A DNA stretch of 63,766 bases, counting the filler, from Chiloscyllium plagiosum (taxonomy: Eukaryota), in NCBI RefSeq assembly GCF_004010195.1. It is 6 parts of one record of this genome, joined end to end, with 100 filler letters (N's around TTAATTAATTAA, not from the genome) between each part and the next. Parts side by side here need not be neighbours in the genome. Positions count along the whole stretch, not along the records: positions 34,195 to 44,423 come from NC_057717.1; positions 44,524 to 61,801 come from NC_057717.1; 4 more parts are not named here. One strand, given 5' to 3'. Positions within the stretch are counted from its first letter, which is position 1. The number at the start of each line of letters is the position of its first letter. The notes below the pieces were generated by a model. That model saw nothing but the letters and a program-made list of their open reading frames with translations, ran no database searches and was not told the origin of the DNA. Below, piece by piece: positions 36,801 through 50,639 of the stretch. The translations under genes were made by a program, and so were the position numbers.

Positions 36801-39800
36801 CCCCAAACGAAGTCACTGTGCTTGGGAATACTGTGGAAAATGTAAACCTGAAATGCAAACAGTAAACAGTGACAAAACCACATAAATGTTTCAGGTTGTG
36901 GAGGGAGAAGCATAGGGAGCGTATTGAGTCTGATATGATTCTCTTCTGAAAAACCCATATTGAACTCAAAAGGTTAATTGTGTTTCTCTCTGCTCAGAAC
37001 CTGTTATGGTTTTCCAGCAGTTTCAACTGAGTTACTCTTTTGCACTGTGGATAGATGTCTGATCTGAAAAGGAACAGTGAAACTGCCATTTCTGTTGACT
37101 CTCAAGTATTTCGTTATGGTTTTTGAACGAAAAATTAAAAACTCTGTGCGTGACAGCTCCCTAAATACCGATAATTTATTGCCACTGTCATAATGCATTT
37201 TGCAAATGTTGAACTCGGTGGTCATGACATCATATGATCAATTCTCTGAAAGTAACTGGTTGAAGTACTGATCCCAATTGCTATCAATGTCTTATCATGC
37301 TCCTGATGTCACAGGACATATTCATCCATGGTATGCGAAGGCACTAGCAAGACCAGAGTTTATTTTTCATCCCCAATGGCTCTGAAGTAAGCGACACAGG
37401 GTTGCCCTGTTTTACCTCTTCAGACCACAGTGATGCAGATCCACACAGAGCTGTTTGTAGGAGCATTCCAAGATTTTTAACACATACTTGTGAAGGAACA
37501 GCAAATTATTCCCGAGCCAGGATGACTTGCAACTTGGAAGATACCTTGAAGAGACTGCATTTCCCATTGTACCCATTACCAGTGCAAAATGTTCTTTAAT
37601 TCCCATTAATCACTGTTTTGCTCAGGGTCCTTGATTCCACCTTCAGTCAAGTCCTGCTTCAACTGAAAGGGAAGTCACTCTGATCTCAACTCAGATTACA
37701 TTGGACGTTCAGTTGTAAGAATGAGGAGCAAAACACAAGAACACTGTTTGTTTGAACAATGTCCTCACAATGTTCAAAAGAAAATTGATGCTTGGTCTTC
37801 CTTAATGCATTATTTCAACATGACATCACTTTTTAAACAATGTTCAAATCGGTGGGTGTTTGTTCTTTTAATTCGCTTCCAATTCAACGTAAAACGTGAA
37901 TTGATCTTCTGTAATGTGTTTATAATCCAGAATTTAAATCGATCTCTATCATCGTTGAATTAGTTCTTTCAAACAAAATTAATGAATGAGCCTGTGTCCA
38001 TCCTGCAGATGATAAAGATCTTTCAGCTCTGACTACTGCAGCGAATATTGTAAAGATTAAGCTGCAGGCCCACGTAAAATGGAAATGTTGCAGGACAAGG
38101 TGCCAAAAGTTAGTCCAAGGTTAATGATGTCCAAGCCTTATTAATAATACATGCAGAGGGGCGGAGTATAAAAGCAAATTCAGCTCCATGTCTAAAATAA
38201 TATTTGTGGCTCCCTCACAGAAGACCACAACTGATTCACGCTGTAAGTTCCCCAAAATAGGAAAAAACAAGAGACTGGAATTCCCAATTCTGCAACATCT
38301 GTAGAACAGGAAGAAAATCAAGGTTTGTTTCTGAAATTCATCAATGTTGATGATAAGAATGTGGGAGATGGTGGGGATATTGGAGGATGATAAACAATGT
38401 TATGGATCACACAATGATTAACCGGGTGGATCACAGTGAGCAGTGTTAGGGTACAGGAGGGTACAAACGGATTGTTCAGATGGCCAGATCAATAGCTGAT
38501 AAAAGGTAACACTGAAATATGGGAGATACTGCACTTTGGAAGATGTAACGAGACAAGAGAGAACTCAAACCATGAAGATAGGCTAGAATTGCTTTTGGAG
38601 CAGAGAAGGGTGAGGGGTGAACCTAATAGAGGTGTATAAGTCCATGAGAGATATGGGAAGGGTGAACAGCCAACAGCTTTTCCCCTGAGTCAAAGGGTCA
38701 AAAACAAGGGTGCATACGTTTGAAATGGAAGAGAAGATACAAAGCGAGGATTTGCGCAATCTGCTTTGAACCCAGAGGATGATATGTGTCAAGAATGCAT
38801 TGCCTGGGAGGATGGTTTAGGAATGTAACCTCACAAACTTTATTAAACACTTGCATCAGCACTGGATGATGCCGACTCGATGGGCCTTGTCTTTATTGCA
38901 TGATTCCATGTGGTGGCAGCCATGAAATCTTTGATATATTGTGAAGCACGAGGGACATTTGGTTTGTTCTGGAGAACTGTGCTTAGTAAGTGGCGAGATT
39001 ACAAAGCAGTATCATCTTATGGCGTATCAGCACTTACTCAACCTCGGACAGCCCAGCCATCTCTGAAAACATCCAAGATAATTCGCATGCTCAGTGCAAA
39101 CATCGTCAATCAAAAGCACTAACGTTATTCCAGCAGTTTGAACCATTATTTTAAGGAAACCAATAACAGACATCTCTTCATTATTACAGACCTGTATCTG
39201 TAAGGTTGCTATTTCTCTGAAAAAAAAACAATAAATTCCATCCCATACGCTCGCTTTGACAGTGATTCAGTTTTCCTGTGTTTTCCTGCGAGCTGTTTAC
39301 CACAGCATGGCGGCTTGTTTAACACTCCATCCACCACTAGTAATATGTATTCCCAGCTAAACCAGCACATGAGATGCACAGCTGGCACTCTCTCTCAACA
39401 GCCCCTTGGATGGACCAACACCAACTGGACTGGAACCTCTCTAGGGCAATTAATGCTGGTCGAGCTCCGTTAAAATGCCTGACTTCTAAAATAGTTTCCA
39501 GGGAGGCTTTCACTTTGCCCTATGCTCCTGATCGTTCTCCAAAACCATGAGACTTTCCTGAGTGCTTTTTCCAGGGCTGTTTAAAAGTCACATGTGAAAA
39601 GTTGTGCCTAATAACCTGAAAGGAGAAGTCTGCCTTGTCCATGAGAATCGTCTCATAATTTTTCAGTATCTTAAAAAACAACAGAAATGTCGAAACTAGC
39701 ATCAGGAGTAAGTCACCAATACAGCTCCGTCATGCGATAAGATCGTGGATGATCTTATTGTGACCTTAATCACACATTCCTCCTTTCCNNNNNNNNNNNN

Positions 39801-40289
39801 NNNNNNNNNNNNNNNNNNNNNNNNNNNNNNNNNNNNNNNNNNNNNNNNNNNNNNNNNNNNNNNNNNNNNNNNNNNNNNNNNNNNNNNNNNNNNNNNNNNN
39901 NNNNNNNNNNNNNNNNNNNNNNNNNNNNNNNNNNNNNNNNNNNNNNNNNNNNNNNNNNNNNNNNNNNNNNNNNNNNNNNNNNNNNNNNNNNNNNNNNNNN
40001 NNNNNNNNNNNNNNNNNNNNNNNNNNNNNNNNNNNNNNNNNNNNNNNNNNNNNNNNNNNNNNNNNNNNNNNNNNNNNNNNNNNNNNNNNNNNNNNNNNNN
40101 NNNNNNNNNNNNNNNNNNNNNNNNNNNNNNNNNNNNNNNNNNNNNNNNNNNNNNNNNNNNNNNNNNNNNNNNNNNNNNNNNNNNNNNNNNNNNNNNNNNN
40201 NNNNNNNNNNNNNNNNNNNNNNNNNNNNNNNNNNNNNNNNNNNNNNNNNNNNNNNNNNNNNNNNNNNNNNNNNNNNNNNNNNNNNNNNT

Positions 40290-40970
40290 CAGAGAAAAAA
40301 GACATGATTAAACGGGATCGAAGTGACAGCTTTTTCAGGCACACAGTGATGTGTGTATGGAACGAGCTGAGAGAGAAAGTAATGGAGACCGATAATATGA
40401 CAACATTTAAAAAGTATCTAGATGGGTATCTGGACAGTAAGGGCTTAGAGATACATGGGCCGAATGCTTGTAAATGGGATGGATTTAGTTAGATCTTCTG
40501 GTCAGCATGGATGAGTTGGACTGAAAGGTCTGTTTCCATGCTGTTCATCTGTATGACTTGAAAACTGTGCATTTTATAGAAGAGATGGTGCTGGAGGTTT
40601 TAAAACACAAAGCTATGTTAAGTCACAGAACCTGATTAAGTGTATCACAGGACATTGCGGGATGCTAGGGAAGAAATTGTGGATCCCCGAGCAAATGTAC
40701 TTGGACCATTGACAGCCATGTGTGATGGGCTGGAAGGCTGGAGGGTGGAATAGTGGACAGTGAAGGAAGGTTGCTAAGATTACAAAGGGATTTTGATGAC
40801 ATGGATGAATGGGCTTAAAAACTGTGGATCGAATTCAATCTGAATAAATGCATTTTGTAAAACGAACAAGGCAGACCTTATACAATTAATGCTGGGGCTT
40901 TGGTTATTGTTTTAGAGCAGAGGGACTTCTGGGTTCAGGTACATAATTCTTGAAGCTTGCATCACAGGTC
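40290..40970 (+). mobile_element. CR1 fragments
   Basis: 'FFRHTVMCVWNEL...FKKYLDGYL' plus 3' UTR; second RT remnant ~40740-40970. Confidence 0.7.
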
Positions 40971-41716
40971 CTTGTTCTTTCAAGAAGGACATTTGCCCAT
41001 CCTCAAGTGGTTTGCCCGACATACCCACAGCAAAGTGTTTGTCTCTCAATTACCCTCTGAAATGGCTGAGCAAGCTGTTCAGTTCCTGGGCAGCTAGTGC
41101 TGAAAAAGAAAGGCTGGTCAGCCAGAGACACCCACATCCCATACCTGATTTAAAAAAAAAATCATTAGGATGGTCCCACTTGAACCGTGCTGGGACCAGG
41201 GTCCTGGCCAATCATGTCTGTAGGTTTATGGACAGGGCTTTAAACTGACATAGAGGATGCAGGTATAGGGTTCAGGTCAAAGGAGTTTTCCAAAGAGAAA
41301 AGGTGAAGCATTGGAAACACAATGGGAATGTGGCTGAAGACTAGCGGAAAGGAACAGGAAGGGATAGAGTTTTACTAAAACTGCATATCAACGAATAAGG
41401 TTGTGAAAGGAAATTGTGGGAAAGAGTAAAGTATGTTTCTTTTGGAATGGACAAGGTCTCATCAATAATATAGATGGATTTGTGACACAGACATAAAAGC
41501 GATTTAGACACCAGGGAGACATGGTTACAGAGCGAACAAATGGTTCACAGCCTTGTGGATACTCAGGCAAAATGGACAACGCTAACAATAATGGATCACA
41601 AAGACACTGCAGAGGAAGCATTTGGCCTCAGATCATGAAGTAGAGTCAGTCTGAATGTACGTTCTGACTACTACTTGCCAAGGTCACAAGCAGCAGAACA
41701 GTTTTAGCCACTGAAC

Positions 41717-42764
41717 AGCATTTCATTGCTCATCACTGCATTAAACAGGAACTCATTGGAATTTTTTAAAAAGGCACTATGATAAATTTGAAAACCTTCA
41801 GGATTTTCATAATCTAGGACAGTCACACTGACAACTGTGATATTGGAAGAGGAGTTCGGAGAATATTTTGCAGTGTCTCTTTGAATAACACATTGTGGAA
41901 CTGGCTAGAGATGTAACTATCTCAGATCGACAGTTGTCATGAAACTTAGTAAATGAGAAAAATCATCTGGAGAGATCCTCTGGGAAATTCTGATAAAGTG
42001 CAGTTTAAAGGAATATAAAGTTTTAAAGTGAATGACAGAAAGGACAAGCTACAACTAGAAACAAAAATAGCCAAGTACATGAGCTTGAGGGAAGAACTGA
42101 CCAAGGTAAAGAGGCAAAGCAGACTGAAACATGTGTCTATAAATGAACAGTGGAAAACATTAGAAAGAACAGTGTAAAACACTCATTGAAACAGACAAAG
42201 ACAAGAAATTCACATCCGTCCCTCACTCTGTAAAAAATGGAGCATTTCATTGCTCATCACTGCATTAAACAGGAACTCATTGGAATTTTTTAAAAAGGCA
42301 CTATGATCATTTTGAAAACCTTCAGGATTTTCATAATCTAGGACAGTCACACTGACAACTGTGATATTGGAAGAGGAGTTCGGAGAATATTTTGCAGTGT
42401 CTCTTTGAATAACACATTGTGGAACTGGCTAGTGATGTAACTATCTCAGATCGACAGCTGTCATGAAACTTAGTAAATGAGAAATATCACCTGGAGAGAT
42501 CCTCTGGGAAATTCTGATAAAGTGCAGTTTAAAGGAATATAAAGTTTTAAAGTGAATGACAGAAAGGACAAGCTGCAACTAGAAACAAAAATAGCCAAGT
42601 ACATGAGCTTGAGGGAAGAACTGACCAAGGTAAAGAGGCAAAGCAGACTGAAACATGTGTCTATAAATGAACAGTGGAAAACATTAGGAAGAACAGTGTA
42701 AAACACTCATTGAAACAGACAAAGACAAGAAATTCACATCCGTCCCTCACTCAGTACAAAATGG
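41717..42764. repeat. Tandem duplication, 2 x ~524 bp (within old LINE endonuclease-region remnant)
   Basis: AGCATTTCATTGCTCATCACTGC at 41717 and 42241; duplicated ORFs 41946-42182 and 42470-42706. Confidence 0.95.
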
Positions 42765-43269
42765 ATCGTATTAGATTATGAGGCTGAGAAAAACACCAAA
42801 ACGTACTCAAAATCCTGAAGAGACAGAGTGTTTTCAGAGTATGTTTTAACGAGATTGCAAAGGATCTGCTAGCAGGAGGATGGCAGTGGGAATGGGAATC
42901 ATTGTCAGGGTTTATTGACACGACAGGAACAGGGAGAGGTGAAGGTGCTGGAGGTGGTGAGAGTGTTACAGAGAGTGCTCAGGGCTTGAACAGTGTTACA
43001 AAGCCAGTACGGATTGCAGCAGCTGGAGGGAGTTGCAGAAGTAGGGAGGGACAAATGTATTTTTATGTATTCATTCATGGGATGGATCAGCAATCTTACC
43101 CCCGCTGCGAATTGTCCAGAGGGTAGCTCAGAGTCATCCATATTGCTGTGAGTGTGGAATCACATTTTAGCCAGACCAGGTTAGAATATTTGATGTCCTT
43201 CCCTAAAGGAGGTTAGTGAACCAGATTAGTCCTTCCGACAGATCAACAATGTTTTTTATGGTGACCCCA

Positions 43270-44423
43270 CCAGTGTCTTGTACAGCCACAACATGAACTT
43301 CTCAACTCCTACACTCAATGTTCTGCCCAAAGAAGATAAACACCCCAAGTGCCTGCTTCACTAGCCTGTCTACCTGTGACACCACTTTCAAAGAACTGTG
43401 TACCTGCATCCCTGGGTCACTAACTGACAACACTACCCAGGACCCGAACATTAACTGTACAAGTCACTCCCTGGTTTGTTTCACCAAAATGGAACACTTC
43501 ACGTTTATCTAATTAAACTCCATCTGCTGTTCTTCAGCCCACTGTCCCAGCAGTACTGTCCATCCTGTTAACCTTCTTCATTGTCCACTTTACCACCAAT
43601 TTCAGTGTCACCCAAAAAACGTACTTACCAGGAAACCAATATTCCCATCCAAACCATTTATCCAAATGACAGACAACAGTGGACCCACTACACCGCTGGT
43701 CACATGCTTCCAGTCAGAAAAACAACATGTTTCCCATCACCCTCTGTCTCCTACCATCACGCCATTTTTGTATCCAGTTCACTAGCTCCTCCTGAATGCC
43801 ATATCCTTTTTACACTGATCTGAGTTTATTAGCCAGTTTACCATACGGAACTTAGAACACACAACAGTACAGCACAAGACCCTTCGGCGGTGATGCCATG
43901 CTAACCTTTTATCCGACTGTAAGATCAAACTAACCTACATTCCCTTTATGTTACTATCATCCATATGCCTATCCAAGAGTCTATTAAATATCCCTAATGT
44001 ATCTAATTTTACTAACACTATTGTCAGTGCATTCCAACCACCTACCATTCTCTATCCTCTTATCTATCCTCAATTCACCTTAAAATTACACCCCCTTGTA
44101 ATAGCCATTTTTGCCACAGAAGGAAAAGTCTCTGACTATTCACTCTCTCTGTGCCTCTCATCATCTTGTTCACCTCTATAAAGTCTCCCCGTCCCCTTCT
44201 TCACTCCAGTAGGAAAGCCTGAGCTCCCTCAACCCTTCTTCAGAAGAAATGCTCTCCATTCCAAGCAGCATCCTGGTAAATCTCCTGTGTACGCTCTCTA
44301 AAACTTGCACATACTTCTTGTAAAGAGGGGACCAGAACTGAACACAATATTCCAAGTGTGGTTTCACCAGGATGCTATAAAGATGCAGTAAAACCTCACG
44401 GCTCTTAAAATCGATCCCCTTGC
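43270..44423 (-). mobile_element. Two minus-strand CR1 fragments
   Basis: 'KPHLEYCVQFWSPLYKKYVQVLESVHRRFTRML' (44176-44367); RT remnant ~43270-43850. Confidence 0.8.
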
Positions 44424-45859
44424 NNNNNNNNNNNNNNNNNNNNNNNNNNNNNNNNNNNNNNNNNNNNTTAATTAATTAANNNNNNNNNNNNNNNNNNNNN
44501 NNNNNNNNNNNNNNNNNNNNNNNGAGGGTGATGATGTTGCCTGGGACATAGTCCTGTTCACAGAATCCTGCTTTACAGACATTATCTGACTGTTGCTTGA
44601 TTAGTCCAAAGGTCACTTTCACATTTTCTGCAATGAAGTGTTAATATCATTTTATTTCTTACATATTTTAAAATAAACCAAACATCATTGTTTTTCAGTT
44701 GAAAACAATTGAAGCGCACAATAATTGAATTACCAGTGCGCACAACTAACTATTACACAATTCAGTGATTGTAGTAAACAGCCGATTCATGTTCAGATTA
44801 GTGAACACACCGTCTTGCAGGCAGCAAAGCTGTTAAAATGACTTTGCGGAAAAGCCTGAATTCAAACACAGTGTTATTGGGCCTCACCACGACCTCCAAA
44901 ACACTGGCCATCTCCAAAATCTGTCCAGAGAGCTACCAAACTGGAGCTGGGCAGTTACTCTCACAATCCCTTACAATACACTGGTTAGAGACATACCTGA
45001 ACAACGGGGAGATGTGTGTGGGGCGGACTGGTCAATGGACTAGCACATAACGGTGGTCCAGATGCAGTTCAACATTTACAACAATGACCTGTAAACAGCC
45101 ATGTCCTGCAGTATATCTCTTCTTGTGTGCCACCTAAATTCTGTAATTCTGAACCTTGGACCTGATCCTGAATGAAGGTGTTATAAAGGTGATGGACTCC
45201 TGCAGTACATCACATCTAACATTGAATTCCTCATAAACCATATCCAGTGTATGTTCGCCCCACAATGTCAGTATCCAAACAGAATTGTGCAGCTCCATTG
45301 ATGGCCAGCATAATCCCAGCCATGCAACCTTGTGTGTGACTTGAGCTGGAAATCTCTGTGTAAATGTTTGCAGGATTGTTCTAACCGTTAACAGCCATGA
45401 AGTCAAGTCTCTTTACTGAAGGTCCGTTATCCTTTCGTAATACCAACTTTTAGATTATCCAATAAGCACAAAATCCACCCATTTATTCAGTATACTGTTA
45501 TAACAACAATATGATGAAATCTCACAGTAAGTAGCATTGAAATGATGAGTCTCATTGCCACACCGAAGACCAAATTATTATTAAGTATACAAGGAATTTG
45601 AAAATATACTACTATTTTCCCTTGTATTAATATTGTTAACTAATAGTCGATTCTCCTGCTCCTCGGATTCTGCCTGAACGTCTGAGTTTTTTTTCAGAAC
45701 CACGCTTCTTCACTCTGATCTCCAGCATCTGCAGGCCTCACTTTATCCCTGCTAATATTCACTCATAATCATTTTCGTGGCAACAATGCCACCGTGTGTT
45801 TAAACATGCCCCAGTCAGGTATAAGTACGTTTTCAATTGTTTCATTCTATCTCAGAGCT

Positions 45860-46010
45860 CAGTAATGTGGGGTGAGAATGCCAGTGTCTGTGATGTTCGG
45901 TATGTAGGCCATGCCTCTGAGAGACTTACAAATTGTTTCAAACAGCATATCCCTTCAGCTGTTCACAACAAGCAAGGTACTGCCTGCACCAAACAGCCTG
46001 AGCTCACAAC
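45860..46010 (+). mobile_element. Penelope GIY-YIG endonuclease remnant (paralogue at ~56360-56510)
   Basis: 'CDVRYVGHASERLTNCFKQHIP' matches the YIG-T-R-L-R-QH pattern. Confidence 0.6.
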
Positions 46011-47169
46011 ACTCAAAACAGGGTCCAGCAATGAACAGGTCTACACAATAGTTTTCATGTTAATTTATTCATGAAATGTGATTGGGACGGCATTTATTGA
46101 TAAATAGGGAACTTGAAAGAGTGACACCGAAGGAACGGCAATATACTTTCCAATCCGGACGGTAGATGGCTTGGAACAGAACGCGAACATGGTGGGGGTC
46201 CCGTGTATCTGCTTCCCTCGTCTTTCTCAATTGTCGGGGTTTCAGAAGTACGTTGTAAGGAGCCTTGGTAAATTTCTGCAGAGCACCGAGTAGATGGCAG
46301 GTATTGCTGCTCCTGAGGTTCAGTGGATGAGGGGTGAAGCTGCACTCACACAGGCAAATGCAAGTATTTAATCACACACATTCAACATGTGTCTTAGCAA
46401 TAGGGGACAGGCTTTCGGAAATTTTGAGGTGAGTTATTCCTGCATACTTTCTAGCCCCTGACATTTTCTTGTAGCCAATCAATTTATATGCGCCAAACAG
46501 TGGCGTTGGAAGAGCAAACCAGGGCAGGCAGCACCTGAGNNNNNGAACGTTACAAGATGTGGTTCAATTTTCCATTGTTAGAAGTAATCGTTGTCTGGCA
46601 CATGAGTAATGGAAATGGTATTGTCATTGTTAAGCACACACCTGCATATTTCCAGGTCCTTTTACATTTGGACAAGGACTGCTTCAGTATCTGAGTAAAT
46701 CACGAATGGTGTTGAACACTGTCCTATCATTGGCAAACAGTCCCAGTTGTGATTTTACAGTCATTTATGAAGCAGCTGAAAATTGTTGGGCCTAGGGCAA
46801 AGAGCACTCTTACAGCTCACTAATGCTGTCCCTCTCTCTGAGTTAGGAAGCTTGCTTTTAGTTCCATCTGCTCCAGAGGTGTCAAAGAACATATCTGAAT
46901 GGAATAATATTATAATAACTACCACAGGGAGCTGAGTGAGGGCTTGGTTACCTCAATCAGTTGGGCGGCTAATTTGTAATGCAGATTAATGCTAACAGTG
47001 TGGTTTCAATTCTTCACTGACTGAGGTGACTGAAAAGGGCTGTTCTATTCAACATCTCCCTTGCTTGAGGCATGATTACTGTCCACTTAAACTACCACCA
47101 GTCGTCTCTGTCTAACGAGAGAGCAGCCTTATCATCCTATAGGAGTATGGTACCTTATCTTTCCATTTC

Positions 47170-48830
47170 TGATCTACAGGCTAACCAAAATCCCCTTCCA
47201 TGGGGAACTGCAGCAGAGCTGTCCTGGATCTGAGATGGCTGCTCCCCACGAACCCCAGCCACCTTCCTTTGTACCAGGTATAACTTCAGCCAGTGCAAAC
47301 AATTCTTATTTGCTCCAGTTTTGCTGTTAATCCTGGATACGACACTTGTTCAAATGCAGTTATGATGATGTTAAGTGCAGTAATTGTCACCTCACCTCTA
47401 GAATTCAGCTGCGTGGTCTCTTGTTGTACATCGTTAAACCAAGGCTTCAATAAGCCCAAGGGATGAGAGCCCAAACTGAGCTTCAGTGAGCAGGTTGGTG
47501 CTGAGGAAGTGCTGCTTGATCCCACTGTGGGTGACATCTTCCATCCCTTTATTAAAGATAGAGATGAGAGCAATGGGGCAGTCATTGATTGTCTGATGGT
47601 TTGTCTGTGTGTGTGGAGGACACACCCGGGTAGTTTCCCACATTGACAGGTCGATGCCAGTGCTGTATCCCAGCAGGAACAGCTTGAATGGAATGTTATC
47701 AGTGTCTACAGCCTTTGCATTCCTCATCCCTCCAGCAGTTTGGAATTACCACTCACAGTGAATCGAATTAGCTGAAGACTGCCATCTGGAGGAGACTAAA
47801 ATAGATCATCCCATCGATACTTCTGTCTGAACATTGTTGTGGTCGTTTCAGCCCTAGCTTTTCTATTGTTGTGTTGGGCTCTTCCATCATTGAGGAAGGT
47901 GATATGTGGGGATTCTCCTCCTCCAGTGAGTTGTTTGATTGACACCACCATTCAACCTGGCTGCATGTGACAGGATTGTGGAGATTAGGTCTGATTTGTT
48001 GGTTAGATCTGTCTGTCACGAGCTGTTTATGCTATTTGGTAAGTAAGTGGTCCTGTTTTGTAACGTCAACTCATTTTGAGGTGTAACTGGGTTGCTCTTG
48101 GCCTGCCCTCCTGTATTATCCATTGAACAAGGGTTTATCCCCTGGCCTGATGATCAGGGTAAAGTGGACCATATGCCAGGCAGTGACAGTGTAAATTGTG
48201 CTGGAGTACTATTCTTCTGCTGTTGGTAATGACCCAAATCACCTCAGACAGGCCAGTGCTGAGTTCTAGATTTCTTTGAAATCTGTCCCGTTTAGCATGG
48301 TGATAGCATCTCTCGCATGTGCGCTCACGTGTGTACACACACACAATATTCACAATGGGTCTTTGTCTCCAGAAATACTGTGTGCGGTAGTCATTGTTCC
48401 CAATCCGGTCATCGATCAATGTCTCCACAGCCGTGTTGAAGATGAGGTCAAGTATGTTTCTCCCTGTCAGTCGTTCCCTCCGCACCCAGTGCAGACCCAG
48501 TCTTGCGGTTATGTTCTTTTGGACCCGACCATCTCGATCAGGAATGCTGCTGCTGAGCACCTCTTGGTGGTGATTTTGGAATAGCCCACCCAGTGTACAT
48601 TCTTCAGCTCATTCACTCTATCAGTGCCTTCTCGAAGTGTTAAATGTAGAGGGACACTGATCCATGAGCTGAGGGAAGGGAGTCAGCAGGAGGTTTCCGT
48701 GTCTGTGTTTGATCTGACAACTGAGGCTTCGTTATGTCACATTATTGCTTGAGGAGTCTGTAGGACGCCTCTCCCATATTTAGCCCTAGCCCAAAGACGT
48801 TAGGAAGGAGGGATTTCCAGTGTCTGCAGG
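47170..48830 (-). mobile_element. Degenerate non-LTR retrotransposon (CR1/Jockey group, distinct family) EN-RT remnant
   Basis: 'CPIALISIFNKGMEDV...QHFLSTNLLTEAQFG', 'LNSRGEVTITALNII-TAFEQV', 'RNILDLIFN'. Confidence 0.75.
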
Positions 48831-49274
48831 GCTTTTACTTTTCTATCACGATCAATCGAAGGGTCTCTTCTGTGCTGTATGACACTCACTCTACACTCAC
48901 TCTATAACTCTTGTGATTGGACAGTCCAAGGTCTCACTCCTTCAGTTTCTCTCAGTGCCTTGTCAATTCCACAGATTTCTACAATATTTTCACTATTAAG
49001 ACATTGCACAATTCCATTTTTAAACTATCTACCTATATCTCTGTATCTTTCCCTGTTGTCTCCTCCGGCCGCTGCATCCATCTGTACCTCAGTAACCCTC
49101 CGTATCACTACAACATTTACATCATACTACAGCCCCATCTGTCACTGTAAACTCTGCCAGGCACTACACCCCTCCCTATCTCTCTAAATTCCAGCTGCCT
49201 CACCTTTCCCTATATCCTGTGAATGAGTTCAAAATTATCTCACTAACCTATTCTAGCATGTACAGGCCACACTA

Positions 49275-49730
49275 TTTCTGTAATACCTCCAGTCTTGCTT
49301 TCCTATCTCTATAACATCTCGCACCTGGCTTTCCTATCTCTGTTACATTTCCAGCCTTGCTTTCCTATCAGTGTAACATCTCCAGCCTTATTTTCCTCTC
49401 TCTCTGTAACATTTTCATCCTTTCTATCCTGTCTCTGTAACATGTACAGCCTTTCTTTCCTACCTTTGTTACATCTCTAGCCTTGTTTTCCTCTCACTGT
49501 AAGATCTCCAGCCTTGCTTCACTATCTCTGTAACATCTCCAGCCTTGCTTTCTTCTCTCTCCGTAACATATCCAGCATTGTTTTCCTATCTCTGCAACAT
49601 CTTCTGCCTTGCTTTCCTATGTCTGTAACAACTCCTGCTTTGCTTTCCTATCTCTGTAACATCCCTGGTCTTGCTTTCCTGTTTCTTTAACATCTCCATC
49701 CTTGCTTTCCTATCTCTGTAACATCTTAGG
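49275..49730. repeat. Minisatellite, ~33-bp unit
   Basis: Repeated TTGCTTTCCTATCTCTGTAACATCTCCAGCC variants. Confidence 0.9.
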
Positions 49731-50639
49731 ACTTTCTTTCCTTTACACCTCAGTGAATTGGTTATATATTTGCTCCTGTCTTTTCTTTTTTCTGGGGCTC
49801 TATAAGATATCCCCAGCAGTATTTCTGTCATCGTTTGGACCCTAACATCGACCCATAAAGCCTCATTTGAAGCCATGTCCAAGATATCGTCCCTCCCACT
49901 GCAGTAACTGTTCCTTAATTAATAATGCAACACCACATCCTCTTTAACACCCTCTCCTGTCCTGCCTATAGTTCCAGTACAACAGAATATTGAGTTGTTA
50001 GCCCTGACCTCTCTCAAACACGCCTCCGTGATGGCAAAAATGTTCCACCTCCACATGTCAACTCATGCCATTATCAAATTCAGTCTGTCTGATGATACTG
50101 CCAGTATTAACGCAAGCTGGAGTATAACACCTGGAATAGTCTATGCCTCGGAGTTCCTCTATCATTCACTATTTGTTATCAGGCTGCCCAAACCACGAAC
50201 CAAAATTGTAACTCGGGGACTGAATGAATATTTGTTGAATTGTAATTTCATTTTTCAAAAAATGTATTAATCAAGTGCAACTTTCCAGAACTGAGCAGTC
50301 AGCTGCACATACAATGAGTTTCTGATGGTTAATTCCCCCCCTCAGTGTGCAGAGGGGACAGCCCTCAGTAAGGGAGAAACTGAGAACTGCAGTTGACGGG
50401 GATCAGAGTCGAAAAGTATGGTGCTGGAAAAGCACAGCAGGCCAGGCAGCATCCGAGGAGCAAGAGAGTCGATGGTTCGAGCATGAGCTTTTTATCAGGG
50501 AGGGATTGGTGCATTCCTTTTTCTTTGATTCCGTGATTCGCAGGACGTTGGGAACCGTATTAGCTCAAGAAGGCAGCACTGTATTTAGCACTGAAATGGA
50601 AAGCATTCAATCAGTTGGTTGGACAGGGTGTAGACAAGT

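Larger units (their letters stand above)
45311..49041. repeat. Segmental duplication copy A (paralogous to 55813-61625)
   Basis: Colinear from TAATC(C/G)CAGCC..GCAACCTTGTGTGTGACTTGAGC to AAACTATCTACCTATATCTC; paired ORFs (e.g. 48135-48560 vs 60730-61155). Confidence 0.95.

Noticed and set aside
38008..38322. Exon-like segment (CCTGCAG| ... AAG|GTTTGT)
   Set aside because: Stops in all three frames, no recognisable domain, no partner exons.
39300..39615. Minus-strand acceptor (TTCTCCTTTCAG) in unique sequence
   Set aside because: All frames close quickly and the donor is weak; unsupported without RNA data.
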